Below are positions 26,125 through 39,240 of a stretch of DNA of 64,000 nucleotides, piece after piece (positions within the stretch are counted from its first letter, which is position 1; the number at the start of each line of letters is the position of its first letter). Source of the DNA: Tubiluchus corallicola. Its lineage: Eukaryota > Animalia > Priapulida. The stretch covers positions 1 to 64,000 of the forward strand of contig JAQGDQ010000849.1 of NCBI GenBank assembly GCA_030141605.1. Direction: 5' to 3'. The notes below the pieces were generated by a model. That model had not been told where the DNA came from. It was given only the letters and a program-made list of their open reading frames with translations, and did not search any database. The position numbers and the translations under genes were made by a program.

Positions 26125-27410
26125 GTTTCTTGCAATTTGGACAGGCATGCTAATCAGCCCAGCTCATTTATGTAGTATGTATGAAAGAGATTTGGCTCAC
26201 CGATGCCGTACCACTTTGTTGTCATACTGCATTGGACTGTCTGCATGAACATTTGTAGTTCACTATATTTAGTTTAACCTTCCCTCTTTGGTGCTGTGGT
26301 CACATTTCTAGGTGCGGTGGTATGTTAACAGTTTTTCATACAACTAATCGAACTACAGCTGATGTCTAGCTGTAGTAAGTACACTTTTACCTATTTTCAC
26401 AGTTCGTACAAGGCGTGGGTATCATTTGCTCTGATTCGTCGCGATCTGCATTATGATACGTCCGAATCGATACTCGGTTTTTATTATGATGTTCATATCG
26501 AATTAATGCTTTTATAAAAATTATGCATAAACTGAAATTTTTATTGTAAAGACCAATTAACACGCAATTGACGACATTCTGAATTTTCAAGGTGAGGGGC
26601 TTTTGACATGAAAAACCGATGCTTAACCTGCAATGATATCAAAAAATGAATTTAGTTATAGTAATGAACTGATACTGATACGATTTATTATCATTTCGAG
26701 TATCTGCTGATGTTGGTAATTTGGTAAGTTCTGCTGAACTTTATTGTGAAATCGTGCTGCTGTCGACGAAAATTCGGGTGCAATCATGAGCTTTGGCAAA
26801 TGGGGAAGTTTTAGTGGATTTTGCAGCCAAAATGTTAAAAATTCAACTGAAATTTGCTTCGATGTAATGTCGTTTTGCGGAAAAATTAATAAACAGGTAC
26901 ATAAATCGATTTAAATCAGTTGTACGGCGATATATCGAGTATCGGTTTCCAGGCCTACTTTGTATCTAATAATAACAATGTTTTTGTGAGAGATTGTCAA
27001 AATGTTGTTGGCTTTAACTAACATTTTGCTCATAAATTAATGCTGTATTCATGCTAACATTGCTTTCTTTTGTCATTTTAAAATATTAGCACTTTTTTGG
27101 TGGTTAGCTGTCTTTTACCATCTTATTAATGGTGTATTTTTGATGAGAATGAAATATAATTAGCTATCGTAATTTTAACTGAAGTGATTAAAAATTGCGA
27201 AAAAAATTGAATAAGACGATTCAATGAACTTGGATGTCATAGAAGGATGCGAATTTTGCAGTGAACTGTAAATATTTTTATCACCTATAGAGGGAAGCAC
27301 ATTGCACATGTCATTGTATTAGCCTTTGTATTTTTGCTAGTCGCATCGAGAATGTTGTTTTGCCTTGTAAAGTTTTTTTTAGTTTTTGTTTTCATCTTTT
27401 TTGTTTGTAG

Positions 27411-27488
27411 AAAAAGATTATGATAGGTATTTGCCTGGCTGTTTTACTGGCGATTATAATTATTGTTCTTATCGTCGTACTTGGATGA
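27411..27488 (+). CDS. STX1A: Syntaxin-1 alternative terminal exon A (transmembrane anchor)
   Basis: Long U-rich tract ending ttgtttgtag|AAA AAG ATT ATG...GGA TGA; KKIMIGICLAVLLAIIIIVLIVVLG*; phase 0 matches the donor at 25384. Confidence 0.88.
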   Translation, partial: KKIMIGICLAVLLAIIIIVLIVVLG

Positions 27489-27941
27489 TTGGAACGCCAC
27501 TGTAGCATAGCTGGATATCGAGAACTAGCGCTCTACGCCGCGTTTCTGCTCGCAGCCACCAGGGGCGAACTCGACATCTGGCAGCGTCTTGCACAGTTTG
27601 CTGTGTTATGAAATATATGGACCACACGTGGATTTGGGAAGCATAATGGGTGATATTAAGATTTTTCTCTTCAGCCACTGCATCGTCTGCATCCTAAATG
27701 CATTTATGACGGAATTGCTGTAAATGTGTGATTGCTTGTATTACTAAAATATTAATGTGTTTGTGCGCAGAAATGTGTGACGTTGGGGTTAATGTTTTTC
27801 CACTCTGATGACAACTTTCTGGTGTCTAGTTGTTCCAAAAACTGTAATCTTCTACTTCTGAACCTCGTAGACGTGTAAAGTGTCAAAATTAAAAAGATTG
27901 AGCCACGTTTTTTCATCCTAGTGGGCGTTGCCTGCTATAAA

Positions 27942-27989
27942 TCTCGTTGCCATGGAAACGAGAAAGATCTCGTTGCCATAGAAACGAGA
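27942..27989. promoter_or_regulatory. Tandem pair of RFX X-box-like palindromes
   Basis: GTTGCCATGGAAAC (27946-27959) and GTTGCCATAGAAAC (27972-27985), each inside TCTC...GAGA arms. Confidence 0.4.
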
Positions 27990-28497
27990 ACGTAGGTAAA
28001 AAATCTCCTCACTGTATTGCCAAGGCATCCAAGATAGGCTTATTCTTCGGAAACTCTCGAACCTCTGTAGGTACTCGAAGTAGGGCATTTTTTGTTTAAG
28101 CAAAACTGTTCTGTTTAAGCAAACTAATTCCAAAGGATTGCACACTTTTTGTGAAGTGCACAATATTGTAAAAAAAATTACTTTTGTATTTGTACAATGT
28201 CACCGTTTAGAAGGCATTCAAATGTTGTTGAAAAACTCCATTCATAAAGCAGAACTCTCGTGTTAACGTAACCCATTTTACTACATCAATGTCTGATAGC
28301 CATTGTAAGTATTTTGAAAAAATAATTACACCTTTGGAGTAAACATTCCACATTTTTGCGGACTACAGACGAAATCACTTGTAAAAGACGCATTTGCTGA
28401 AACTTTGTCCAGTTTGTTATGAATCACAGAAAACAACATTATTCTGCCCGTGTTATTTTGGACAACCATAGAGGGCAGCGCTATACTTCTCTGCACC

Positions 28498-28893
28498 TAG
28501 GGGTGAGCATTCTCTATCAGAAATGCGAACTCGAATCAAGTCTAATTTTCGATTCGACGTTTGAGCTTGAATCAAACCCAATTTTGAAATTGCGAATCGA
28601 ATCAGAATTCATTTCTGAAGATTTTTGAATCACTAATCAAAAACAATCTCACAAAGATCTTGCATACTAGTTGATTTTGTTCTGCAGTAAAAACACTGAT
28701 TATTTATCTTAAAATTGAGTAAAGAAATCACAGCTAAATTGTGCTGATCACGTGATGTTTCAAACGTTTTCACGATAAAGAACGTTCTTAGTTGAAGTGC
28801 AAAATTATTCGAATCCGTAATTTTAGGTTTGAATCGAATTCGAGATAAAAAACTCATTCGTTTCGAATTCGAACGTTCGATGGCTCACCCCTG
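28498..28893. mobile_element. hAT-like MITE
   Basis: TAGGGGTGAGC...GCTCACCCCTG termini; clustered TTCGA/GAATC subterminal motifs; no clear 8-bp TSD. Confidence 0.6.
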
Positions 28894-29414
28894 ATCAACA
28901 CTACAGTTAATATACAAGAAATGAAATAACCAATGATCATAGCTTATGTGTGACACATCACTCTTTCGGAAGTTAAGCAGCATTTGATGCGGTGAGATAG
29001 TTACACTTTGAGTGGTTGTGATAACTCACGTGATTTTAGTAGCCATCTAGGGTGTTCGCAATTTCGTGCACAAAAGCGAACTTAACTGTATCTATAAATA
29101 CCATAGCCAGGATTTTAGAAGTAATTTTGTAAATTAACGTTTGTTTGACAATCGTGTTTTATGCATTCGAGTGAATGGGTGGTACACGTGTGTTGCTGAC
29201 TGTGTTCATGTATGAATTATTGTCGCATTCTGCTGGTTTTTAGGCTGTAAAACTGTATTATAACTTTCTCATATATTATGATACATTAAAATGTATTATA
29301 GAACATTTTTAATCTAACCTTGTCATCGTATGTTTGTAAATTAAGTTCTTGCGTTTGTGTTAAATTTTAGACTTAACTTGTCGAGTATTCGTAAATAACG
29401 ATGCATGTGCCTAA

Positions 29415-30030
29415 AGGAAGACTGGACGATTTTTCATATACTATCACATTTTCAAGTCTAATAAAAAGTATACATTTTAACACAATGAATACTGCAAAAA
29501 CGTTTATGATTATTAAATAATAGATTAAAAACTTAATTAATGGCGGGCGAGCCCAACTAGTGGTGACATCACAAACTAACGTAATTTTCAACAGCAAAAA
29601 TATTCCTGGATCATGTTGCACGCGTTCCCGAAAGTGAAAATTGAAGTACTGTGCTACTGTAAGATAGTCAGTGTGTTGTACTAAAACTAGACAAGTTTTA
29701 AGATAAAAATTCAAATTTCAAATTTACCCCTGTACTCACGCATGAATTGTCAAACGTGTGCAGTACGTCAAAAACTAACACATCTGAACTGAGAGATACA
29801 GCACCTGTTTTTGTGCAATGCGTTTCTGAAATCCAGGCGCTAGTGCCCGTCTAACTAGCGAATGGCGAAATGCATGTAACAGTGAAGAACTAGTAACGTG
29901 AACATGAAATTGTGTGTGTGGTAATAATTCTTTCACGTAAGTCATTTTTGAAAAAATAGTATGTTTCTTTTCAATATTTTAAAGAGTAGATTGTTTTTAC
30001 CTACAGTTTAACATTGCGTCCGGTTTTGCT
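29415..30030 (-). mobile_element. Family A copy (reverse), between the two terminal exons
   Basis: CTAA|AGGAAGACTGGA...TCCGGTTTTGCT|TTTAA; reverse complement of family A. Confidence 0.8.
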
Positions 30031-31969
30031 TTTAAGAGTTTTTGACTTTGAAAATGTTACTTGTGTTTCTGACTGATGATCTCTGTTGAAATGATCTGTA
30101 GAACAAACATTACTATAGAATTGATAGAGCTTCTGTGTTGATGAACAGTTAGCTTCCTTTCTGTTCGTGGCACAACTTTTGCAATATTTCTAAAGGTACT
30201 GACACACTTCCAGCTAGAGTACAACTAACTGCAAAGACATTCACGAGCAAGTTTCGAGTTTTTCGTTCGATGTACGATCGTAGTCGAACGCCGAGAGGCA
30301 TTCGTCTTTTAAGTTTTTCATTCACTTTGTGGAAACCCAAAAGTCATTCTAGTTCAACGCCTATCCATTCTAGTAGCACGTCTATGACACATTTTTCAAT
30401 TTTTGTTTATTTAGTTAGACGATTTCAGTTGGAAATGTGTTTGTGCTTAAAAAACAGCAGTATCATTTGGTTCCGAGTGGTTTTAATGCCTCGGACTTCT
30501 GAAATACATGCATGCTATTGTAGTTGGCATTTATAAAAAAAATTCGTCTTTCTAAGTCTAAGCACCATCAGGGCTAACACTACCTGTACAATATTATTAT
30601 TAAATCTTGCCCAAATAAAATGTGTATTAATATGTAAAATTTATCCTTATTGTTTTTTAATTATTGGGATATACTTCTGTAAATATAGCCCTTACAGATT
30701 ATAATGTTTTGTTGTTTAAAATAATTACGTTTTGTTGTTTGAAATTGTTTCATGTAAATAATAAATGTAAGTAATTCATAAGCTCACCAAATCAACATTG
30801 CTACTGTCTTTTATTATTGAACTTTTTTACCATTTTTTATTTTGAAATTTTTATTGCTGAAGCTTTTTGTATATTAGAGAACCAGCGTTTAGAACTAACT
30901 GATTTTGCAAACAGAATTATTGTATAATCTGCTAGTAGTAGATTGTTGTGAACAAAGTGGCAACTTTTACCAACATTGTGGGAACAACGTGGCAACTTTT
31001 AGCGACATTGTGGCAACTTTTGTCAATATTTGGGAACCTCAAGACATTTTTACAAGTCTGAGCATCTCTGTGACGGCCAATTATTATTCGTCTAATATCA
31101 AGATGGCTTCATTGCCTTCATTGTTGTCGTAAGTGTTTTAGTGATGGCAGAAAAATGCTGATTGCCTGTGGTAAGTATTCTAATGTACAGTTAGTTTTTT
31201 TTTGCTTGTTGGTGTTGTTGTTATTGCCAATCAGCATAGCTGTAAACTTGTTTATTTTTTACAAAAGCATGCTACACTTCAGAATATGTTTGCATCCCAT
31301 GCTTGTCGATATTGTCATATTTTACCAATTTAAGTGTAGGATCGCTGAAGTCTGTTCGGCGATTTAATGCATTTTGATTATATATTACAAATAGGTTATC
31401 AACTTCAGCGTTAAACTCTCTACGAAATCGGGCTTTTGAGGCTTTCATATTTACGATTGTTCTCTTGTTTGTTTTGTGACTACTACAGTGTGTTTTGGCA
31501 AGGACCTCTATAACTAAATGGACGTGACACGTAAGTTTTGTATCTACGCACTCAGGCTATCGCATATTATGAGATAATTGATGAAGAACATAGTTTGTCT
31601 TACTAGTTTAAGTAATAAATTTTAGCATTTTAGGAAACTATCACCTTCTATATGTTTTTCTCCAGCATATCCTTGTCGGCAGCCTAGTACACAACAATGA
31701 ACAGGCATAATGAGGATTATCGTAGCAATAAAAAGTCTAGCCCAGTAACATAAATAACATGACATAGCAACAAACACTTCAGCAAACTCATGCACTTAGT
31801 TTCAAGTACCCGCCTAAACACTAGACACTGTTTGACCTGGCAAACTGAGCGCCTGTCGTTAGCCGGAGATCGTAGAACAATAGTCACATGACGCAGCATG
31901 TGTCACGTCCATAGAGGTCCCTGGTTTTTGCAGCTTTGTATTTTGACTAGTACTGGTTTCTCTTTACAG

Positions 31970-32050
31970 AAAAAAATCATGATAATTATATGCCTTTGCA
32001 TATTGGCGTTCGTAATCGCGTCGACGTTTGGAGGCATATTCGGCTCATAG
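31970..32050 (+). CDS. STX1A: Syntaxin-1 alternative terminal exon B (canonical-type transmembrane anchor)
   Basis: tttctctttacag|AAA AAA ATC ATG...TCA TAG; KKIMIIICLCILAFVIASTFGGIFGS*, closely resembling the vertebrate STX1A tail KKIMIIICCVILGIVIASTVGGIFA. Confidence 0.92.
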   Translation, partial: KKIMIIICLCILAFVIASTFGGIFGS

Positions 32051-34463
32051 GAAATGCTGGAAGGTTCCCAACTTTTTACAATTACAATGATTGCCTGCAC
32101 GTTGAAAGTGTGTTGAGTATAGCTTGCCGTATTTGGCAGCTTAGACATGTCGTCTGATGAGAACAACCTTGTCTTGAATAGATTTGAGTGGTTTCTCCAC
32201 CGTAGGATGTTTGCAAACGCATGGAATTTAATCTCAGCATTTGTGAATTTTCTTATTCGACTTTATAATTAGAAAATTGTATTATAGAATTATTACTGTA
32301 TTCACGATCTAGGCTACTCGCTCTAACCAAACATTACTTATTCTATCCGGTGGCAAAACCGAGTTCAGTATGCAAAAGTAGTGAGAAATTTTGCTACAAA
32401 TATGGATTTCTCTTGTCTTTTAAATAGTAATATAAATTATTATTATAATCGTTTGAGGTGATAACTAAATAATTGTGACATATTCACTTTGTATATGTTG
32501 TATTGTACATAGCGGCTTATTGCATTTCAATTACACCATCTCTTTCTCCCTAATGTAGCTTATCTAGTTTTAGTAGTAGTTGGAAATTTACAGTGTAACT
32601 ATTTCAGATTTCGTGCTACACTTATGGTGACTTAACTAGAGTTTTAGACCAGTTATTGTAAAGTTCTTGTTCAACTATTGTGCAACTTAGTGTAGATTAG
32701 TCTATCTATTACAGCTAGGTATTCTTCTGTTTGGAGGTGAACTTGTTTACATAGCAGAATTATAGTGTAACTACAAAGTAAGGGTACAAGAATGCACCCT
32801 TGTGGTACACCTGCACATTTGTCTCGTATGTGTTATTCTATTTTTGATTGTTACTTTGCTGAGTTATTGTAAATACAAGGTAATGACATTGACTCTTACT
32901 GCTGTGTTAAGTGTGTTTGTAAACTAATTATGATTATCGTGTATAAATGATGTTAGTTGATTATTTACTTTGTATCGTACGGCTGAAGTTAGTCGCTTTT
33001 TTCAAGGTGGTTGCAATTTTCTAACTATTAGCCAATTTATTTTGTTGATATGACCTGAACGAAATATCAACTCAACAGTCAAGTGAGAAGTTGCAACCAT
33101 CTCTGGTAAATGATGCACTTAAATCGACGTTAAAGGGTTAAATACTTGGTTTTTGTTGTGTGTTGTAATAATTCTTCTTTTGTTGCAGCAAATAATGTCA
33201 GCTAATGATGGGTGATGCCAGGAACTTAAAATAATCACCATTATTGATTATTCTTACCTCAATAATCGATTACTTATCTGATATTAAGATTGGATAAAAT
33301 AAACTACTGTAAAAGCATTGTACTGATTTGCGCATTGTGGTTAATGTGTTGCATCGGTGCTACGAAGATACGAAGTTTGCAATTCACACAGCAATTTCGT
33401 CTTTGGCTTAAACAGCATTTCATATCAGGATGAGCAAGATGCATACGACTGTGTTGTTTCATCAATATAGAAACTAATATACAATAATGTGAAAACTGAT
33501 TGGCCAACAGGAATTTCCTCTTTAGCAAACATTGCTGTATCTTTTTTTACAAATGATTGATTGAAAGAATTAAAGCCCAAATTTTTGACAGTAAAAATTA
33601 ATCTTCTGGTAATCGATTAGTGGGAACGTAATCGATGCTTGAGGTTTCAATGAGCAATTATAGTAATTTATAATCACTCATGCCCAATATTACTATTGCA
33701 TAACTACTGCATTTGGAAACAATTGAACATTTTTTTAAATACGTAGTTCGTTAATTTGGGTTGTAATACTTTTCATCACTTCCGTCTTTTTGTTCAGTGC
33801 TTTACAGTTGTTATTTAAAGGTTTAGTCGTCACTGAATAATAAGTATTGCATAATAGCTTTAAAATTCTTGAATATTATTTAAAAAAATCGACAAGTTTT
33901 TTTACTAATTTTTTACGTTGGTAGCATAACTATGACACACGGAATGGCTTCTTCGTGGGCCGTAACTTACTACTGCATAGGTAAAGCAATAAGATGTTAC
34001 TTAACATTTGTCTGCATTCTGTTGTGTTTCTGTTGTTTTGGTAATTTAATTGCATCATCGAGTGGTAGGAGTCTAGATGGTAAGGTTTTTAATTGAAATG
34101 TTATTATTGTAAATAAGTAGACTGCTTTGTTAACTGATAGCTTGTTTATTATTATTGCTAAAAAGAAACAAAACTTGTGTCTTTGGTTAGACTTTAATGA
34201 AGTGCTTTAAAAATGTTTTAATGTCTATCGTGTAATTTTGTTTTTCGTATCTTATTGTACAGTATTTTGCTTTCATTTTATTAACTTACAGTCCTAAAGT
34301 AAGTGCCGCTATCGCCTCTCGAAGGTTTCCTGTCTTTTCAAACTGGAATGCTTTTGTTTCTTTAGTCCATTGTACTGAAATAAATTATTTACATTATTGT
34401 CACTCTATATGTTCACTGTCATAATAATTTAATGACAATTGCACATTTTTTGCTGCACATTAT

Positions 34464-34581
34464 GTCCCCGCTTAACGGCGACCCGCTTAGCAACGTTTCG
34501 TTTTAACAACGCTAACCTTTGACACTTTTTTCCGCCGCGTTTTGCTAGAACACATTGGCGTCATTAAGCGAGGACTTGCTG
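34464..34581. mobile_element. Short Tc1/pogo-like MITE remnant
   Basis: GTCCCCGCTTAACGGC...GTCATTAAGCGAGGACTTGCTG|TA inverted ends; the same end occurs at 8642-8660. Confidence 0.5.
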
Positions 34582-34814
34582 TATTAAATAATTAAAGACT
34601 TTAACAGTGGGTCCATTGTTAGCTATGTTGACTTCGGACGTGTAATAATGTAGAAACAAATGTCAATGCTTCCTTTATTGTGCTGTTAATACTGTTATTA
34701 TAGACGTTTCTTTTGGATTTTTCACTTGCGTTGTGTGAATTATTAAATTACATAACATGCCGCTAAATTCGCTGTTTTGTAGCTTTTTCACAGTGGCCTT
34801 TGTTACTGCCAGCT

Positions 34815-35030
34815 TCACTAGGGTAATCGCTTCCCGCCTATGAGGTCATGTGTTCAGTTCCTAGCCCGGAGTAATACGGAAGAATTAAAAACCGACATTG
34901 CAATTTTTCCGCCAAGCACAGGTTTATTGAAGTCACTTGTGGACAACCTAGAAAAAGTGTATTATAGTAATACATTAAGTGTTATCTCTGGACTAGGACC
35001 TAAAGAAATGTTGTTGTTGTCATCATCATG
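34815..35030 (+). mobile_element. Degenerate copy of the tRNA-derived SINE
   Basis: GAGGTCATGTGTTCAGTTCCTAGCCCGGAGTAATACGGAAGAATTAAAAAC aligns loosely with 19657-19710; later CCAAGCAC.GGTTTAT and TGGACT...CCTAAA motifs are shared. Confidence 0.45.
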
Positions 35031-35035
35031 CTAAA

Positions 35036-35731
35036 TGTATTGGACTTTTATATTCTAACGTCAAATTATCAAGAAAATGTTCAGCAATACTAAAAATTTA
35101 ATTTTATATCCCCGTACCCACTTTTCTGGCTAGAAACTAGAACTGCAATTGTAAAAAACTGTTATTTTCAAACTCCGATAGTAGCTCCTGGAAGCAGTCA
35201 TTTTGCTTTGGGATTTTTCTGTTGCCAAGCTCAGATCTTCGTCAGGAAGAGCCATCTACTGGATTTAAACATAACTTCAATATGTTTTTGCAAAGTCCAT
35301 AGCAGGCACACTTTCGTACAATTGCTAAGTGTTTTGTAGAAATGCGACAAAAAACAATGGGTAACTTTATCCACATCATCAGTTCCTTTGATGATTTTGA
35401 AAGCTTGTATTAAAGGAAGAACCAACCCTCGAACAACATTTATTGTATTTTAATATGCAATTAAAAAAATTGAAATCACAATACAAATGCAGTACAATAC
35501 AATGCATAGACGCGACAAAAAACAATGGCTGACTTTGACAGCATTTTTTTCAACATTATGTTTTTCATGGTGCAGCCTGTACCTCAACTTCAATGTGGAT
35601 TATCTCAGCTTAGAAATAACATAGAACGGTGAACGTGGTATCAAAATGATCCTCATGAAATGGAGATTCAGGATGTATGAATAACTAGAAAAGCTTAATT
35701 GACTTATGGACTATTTTGCTATGCAAGCACA
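35036..35731 (+). mobile_element. Left-truncated copy of the 25473 MITE with a ~170-bp internal insertion/duplication
   Basis: Colinear with 25593-26123; GCGACAAAAAACAATGG occurs twice (35344, 35512) around extra sequence. Confidence 0.7.
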
Positions 35732-35982
35732 GTCGCACACATTTGTATAGTGTAGACCTACCACCACAGACACAGTCCTAAGCATTGAGTAACTTACTGA
35801 TACAAACATAGGTGGTGCCACTTGTTTTACAGCCAATAATATTCGTGCTCGTAGCAACTACTAGAAGTCGCAGTCACCATAAATTTTACGAGTTTCCATT
35901 ATTAGCACGTAAATCATTATCAATCGTAAATGTGGGCTCAGTTTTGTGAAAGAAAAACAAGTGACATCCAGCACCTACTTAA

Positions 35983-36537
35983 AGGAAGACAGGATGAGTT
36001 TTCAAATACTACCCCATTTTCAAGTCCCATAAAAAGTATACATTTTAACACAATTAATACTGCAAAAGCATTTCTGATAATTAAATAATAAATTGAAAGC
36101 TTAATTAACAGCGGGCGAGCCCAACTATTGGTGACATCACAAACTAACATAATTTTCTACAGCAAAAATATTCCACGAGCATGTTCCATGTGTTTGCGAA
36201 AGTGAAAATTGAAGTACTAGTGCTACTGTAAGGTATTCAGTGTGTTGTACTAAAACTAGGCAAGGCTAAGATAACAAACTAACACATCTGAACTGAGAGG
36301 TACAGCACCTGTCTTTGTGTGCAATGCGTTTCGGAAATGCAGGGGCTAGTGCCCGTCTAACTAGCGAATGGCGAAATGCATGTAGAACAAGTGGCGCTAA
36401 CGTGAAGTTGTGTTTGTGTGATAATAATTCTTTCACGTAAGTCATTTTTGAGAAAATAGTATGTTTCCTTTTAATATTTTAAAGAGTAGATTGTTCTGAC
36501 CTTTGACCTACAGCTTAAGATTGGGGCCCGTTTTGCT
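35983..36537 (-). mobile_element. Family A copy (reverse)
   Basis: TTAA|AGGAAGACAGGATG...CCGTTTTGCT|TTAA. Confidence 0.8.
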
Positions 36538-39076
36538 TTAAGTGGGTGCTGGCAGTTAGTTTTATTTTAAGAATTCGTTTTCTGAATCATCAATCAGCTT
36601 CTAAAAACACAAATATATAGTAATTATAATTTGTGAATTTTAGTTTCTGCTTTGTAAAAATTCTAAGTTATGATCTAATAATTATAATTCTACATCACTA
36701 CATGGCGAATTAATTGTGAGGATAAAAAGAAAAATGGGTGAGTACGATAGAGTTTCTAATCTCAGAACACGATAAATCAATTGTAAATGCATGTTTTGAT
36801 TGATGAATTAGGAACTTAAACTTTTTGTCATCCCATTCGAGTCCCCGAAGCCATGGATTACTTAACAACACTGCAGTAAAAACGCAAGGCGCGCGAAATG
36901 CACACGCTAGCAGACGTTTGCGCTTCAATCTTATTGACGGTCTCGTAATTGTAAATACTTGTGCACATTACTGGCAATAATTAGTGGAGGGATTAATATT
37001 TACCAATATTTGTCACTAAAAGTACCTCTGTGCATCACAGCAATGAATTCTAGTGCAGCTGATAACACGTTACGTGTAGCGAACTGTTCGCCAAATCTTC
37101 TTGCTCTACCAAGTGTGGATAACCTTCGTAGAACAGAGACAAGCACCACTGATTTAGACTCGCCTGTAAGTGTTAACCGTTGTCGTAGCCGTAGTAGTAG
37201 TAGCAGTAGTAAAAATTTACTGTCGAACGAAAAGTTAACTTTTTATTTACAAACGAGAAACATTTCCGACAGATCAAACTAGAAACAAAAATTAATCCAA
37301 AACAACGAACACTTATTAAAATACAACTAATCACGATTTTGGCAGTAGTGCACGAATCCAGGACACACTTTACAGAGAGATTAATCTATAAACAGCCTTT
37401 TTAACGCGCAGCGATAATGAACCTAATAACTACCACTGATTGCAATACCTGTATCGCGACGTATAGGCAGGACCTATAGTACATATTGTCACGAAATGAT
37501 AGGCTCCCCAGGTAAAAGCCAGTATCACAAGTAGATGCATGCCTGAACTGTCAAAAGTATCCATCAAGCTGACCTTTAAATCACAAGTATTGTATCCTAA
37601 GATATTTTGCGTTAAGCTAAGGAGGGGGATTTATAATATGTTGGCTTTTACCGTGTGGACGGCAAGGAATCATATGACTCGTGTTTATTGATTAGAATGT
37701 CGTATTAAAATAAACTCTAACTTACTAACTTAATTACTTACTTACTTGTACTCTAGAAGGCGCAGAATGTGCCATCTTGTGGTCACCTGCATCACGTGAC
37801 TTGAATCACACTGTAATAGTTTTAATTGTACCACTACTCAGCGTGTTGTACTGCTACATCACTAGTCATTGCTTTTACCTTGTTGCCATTTCTGTTATTC
37901 ACTAAAATTGCCTCATAGTTCTGAAACACAATCTTTTTCCAAGCAAAGAAGTGTCGCATCTAATTCACCTTTGTTACTGTAGCGGGTGCATAGGCCCTTT
38001 TTTGGTCTTTATTTAGTTACTGCCACGGTGCTGCCACCTGTTTGTTTATTTAGTAGACTTTTTGCCTTTTACAGTAGTCACTCTTTTAAAATTGAAGCAC
38101 CTAATATCCTTGAATACATTAGCATTTTGATCTTTCGCTATAGCTATAGTAGTTGTCTGTCATTTTACCCGTCTTTTGATTCTCTCGGCCATTGCTCTAG
38201 TGTTGTGTCTATGATGAACATTATGTCTGTAACTTTCTTACGAGTTTATTGTCGTGACGTCGTTGTTCTGGAGTTCTCATTCCTGTCTTTGTAATTGCTA
38301 AAGGCTCTAACAACGCAAGTCATTATTAATTAATTTCAATATATATCATAATTTTTATATCAGTTTTCTTAGTTATAGTCATACATCTAATCATGCGATG
38401 AACTCTTTTCTATTCAATGCAAATTAAACTAATTGTTAAATCATTGTATTACAGAATAAACAAACTTTTGGTCAGCACATTAAACTGGTGTTTTGCGTCC
38501 ATTTCAGTTACTATTACATTTCTAAAAAGTGGTATGTTTTTGCCATTTCTCTTAAGTGAAGTACATCCATTTAAGAGTTCTTGCTGGACATAAATGCTGC
38601 ATAGTAAATGTGAAAACCAGTTCGATTTTAAAAAAGGTTGCATTCATATAAAAACTGACCAAAAATTTATAGCAAGGGACAAAATATGTATTTTATAAGA
38701 AAATTAGTTTAGTACATTACTTGATGTGTATAAGTTTTATTGCACACCTCATGTCTGTAACAGTAATGACAAAAGTAATTACTTTAAAATTGTCATAATA
38801 AATTTTTGAAAGTATCTTAGCTCTGTTAGTAGCTGCTTCATATACAAGGGGACCTTATTAATAGCAGACACGGTATTTTTAAAAGATTTAGCAGATTTTT
38901 TCGCGCACATTTTGCACGTTCTGTGGAGAATGACCCAAATAAACTAGAAACTATATTTTGTTTGTCTGTAATAATATTCTTCGAGAAACACCACATTTAT
39001 TACAAAACAAATTATCACGTATTTCAAAACAACCGTATTGAAAACAAAAACAGATTTTTTGCCAAATCTTACCAAT

Positions 39077-39240
39077 GCTTGAAGGGCCTAGGCTGCAGCC
39101 TGTACTAGCCTATAGGATAATCTAGCCCTGCTTGCAAAGCTTGAGGGGCCTAGGCTGCAGCCTGTACTAGCCTATAGGATAATCTAGCCCTGCTTGCAAA
39201 GCTTGAGGGGCCTAGGCTGCAGCCTGTACTAGCCTATAAG
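39077..39240. repeat. 62-bp tandem repeat, ~2.7 copies, of a MITE right end
   Basis: GCTTGAGGGGCCTAGGCTGCAGCCTGTACTAGCCTATAGGATAATCTAGCCCTGCTTGCAAA starts at 39077, 39139 and 39201. Confidence 0.92.

Noticed and set aside
28955-29020. Second 5S-like fragment (GAAGTTAAGCAGCAT)
   Set aside because: Too short and degenerate to support.
31155-31367. Hydrophobic ORF as a third TMD exon
   Set aside because: No polypyrimidine tract, and the nearest AG puts it out of frame; the hydrophobicity reflects T-richness.
37041-37165. Plus-strand exon MNSSAAD...DSP|gtaagt
   Set aside because: No partner exons or recognisable homology; the same segment also fits a minus-strand exon.
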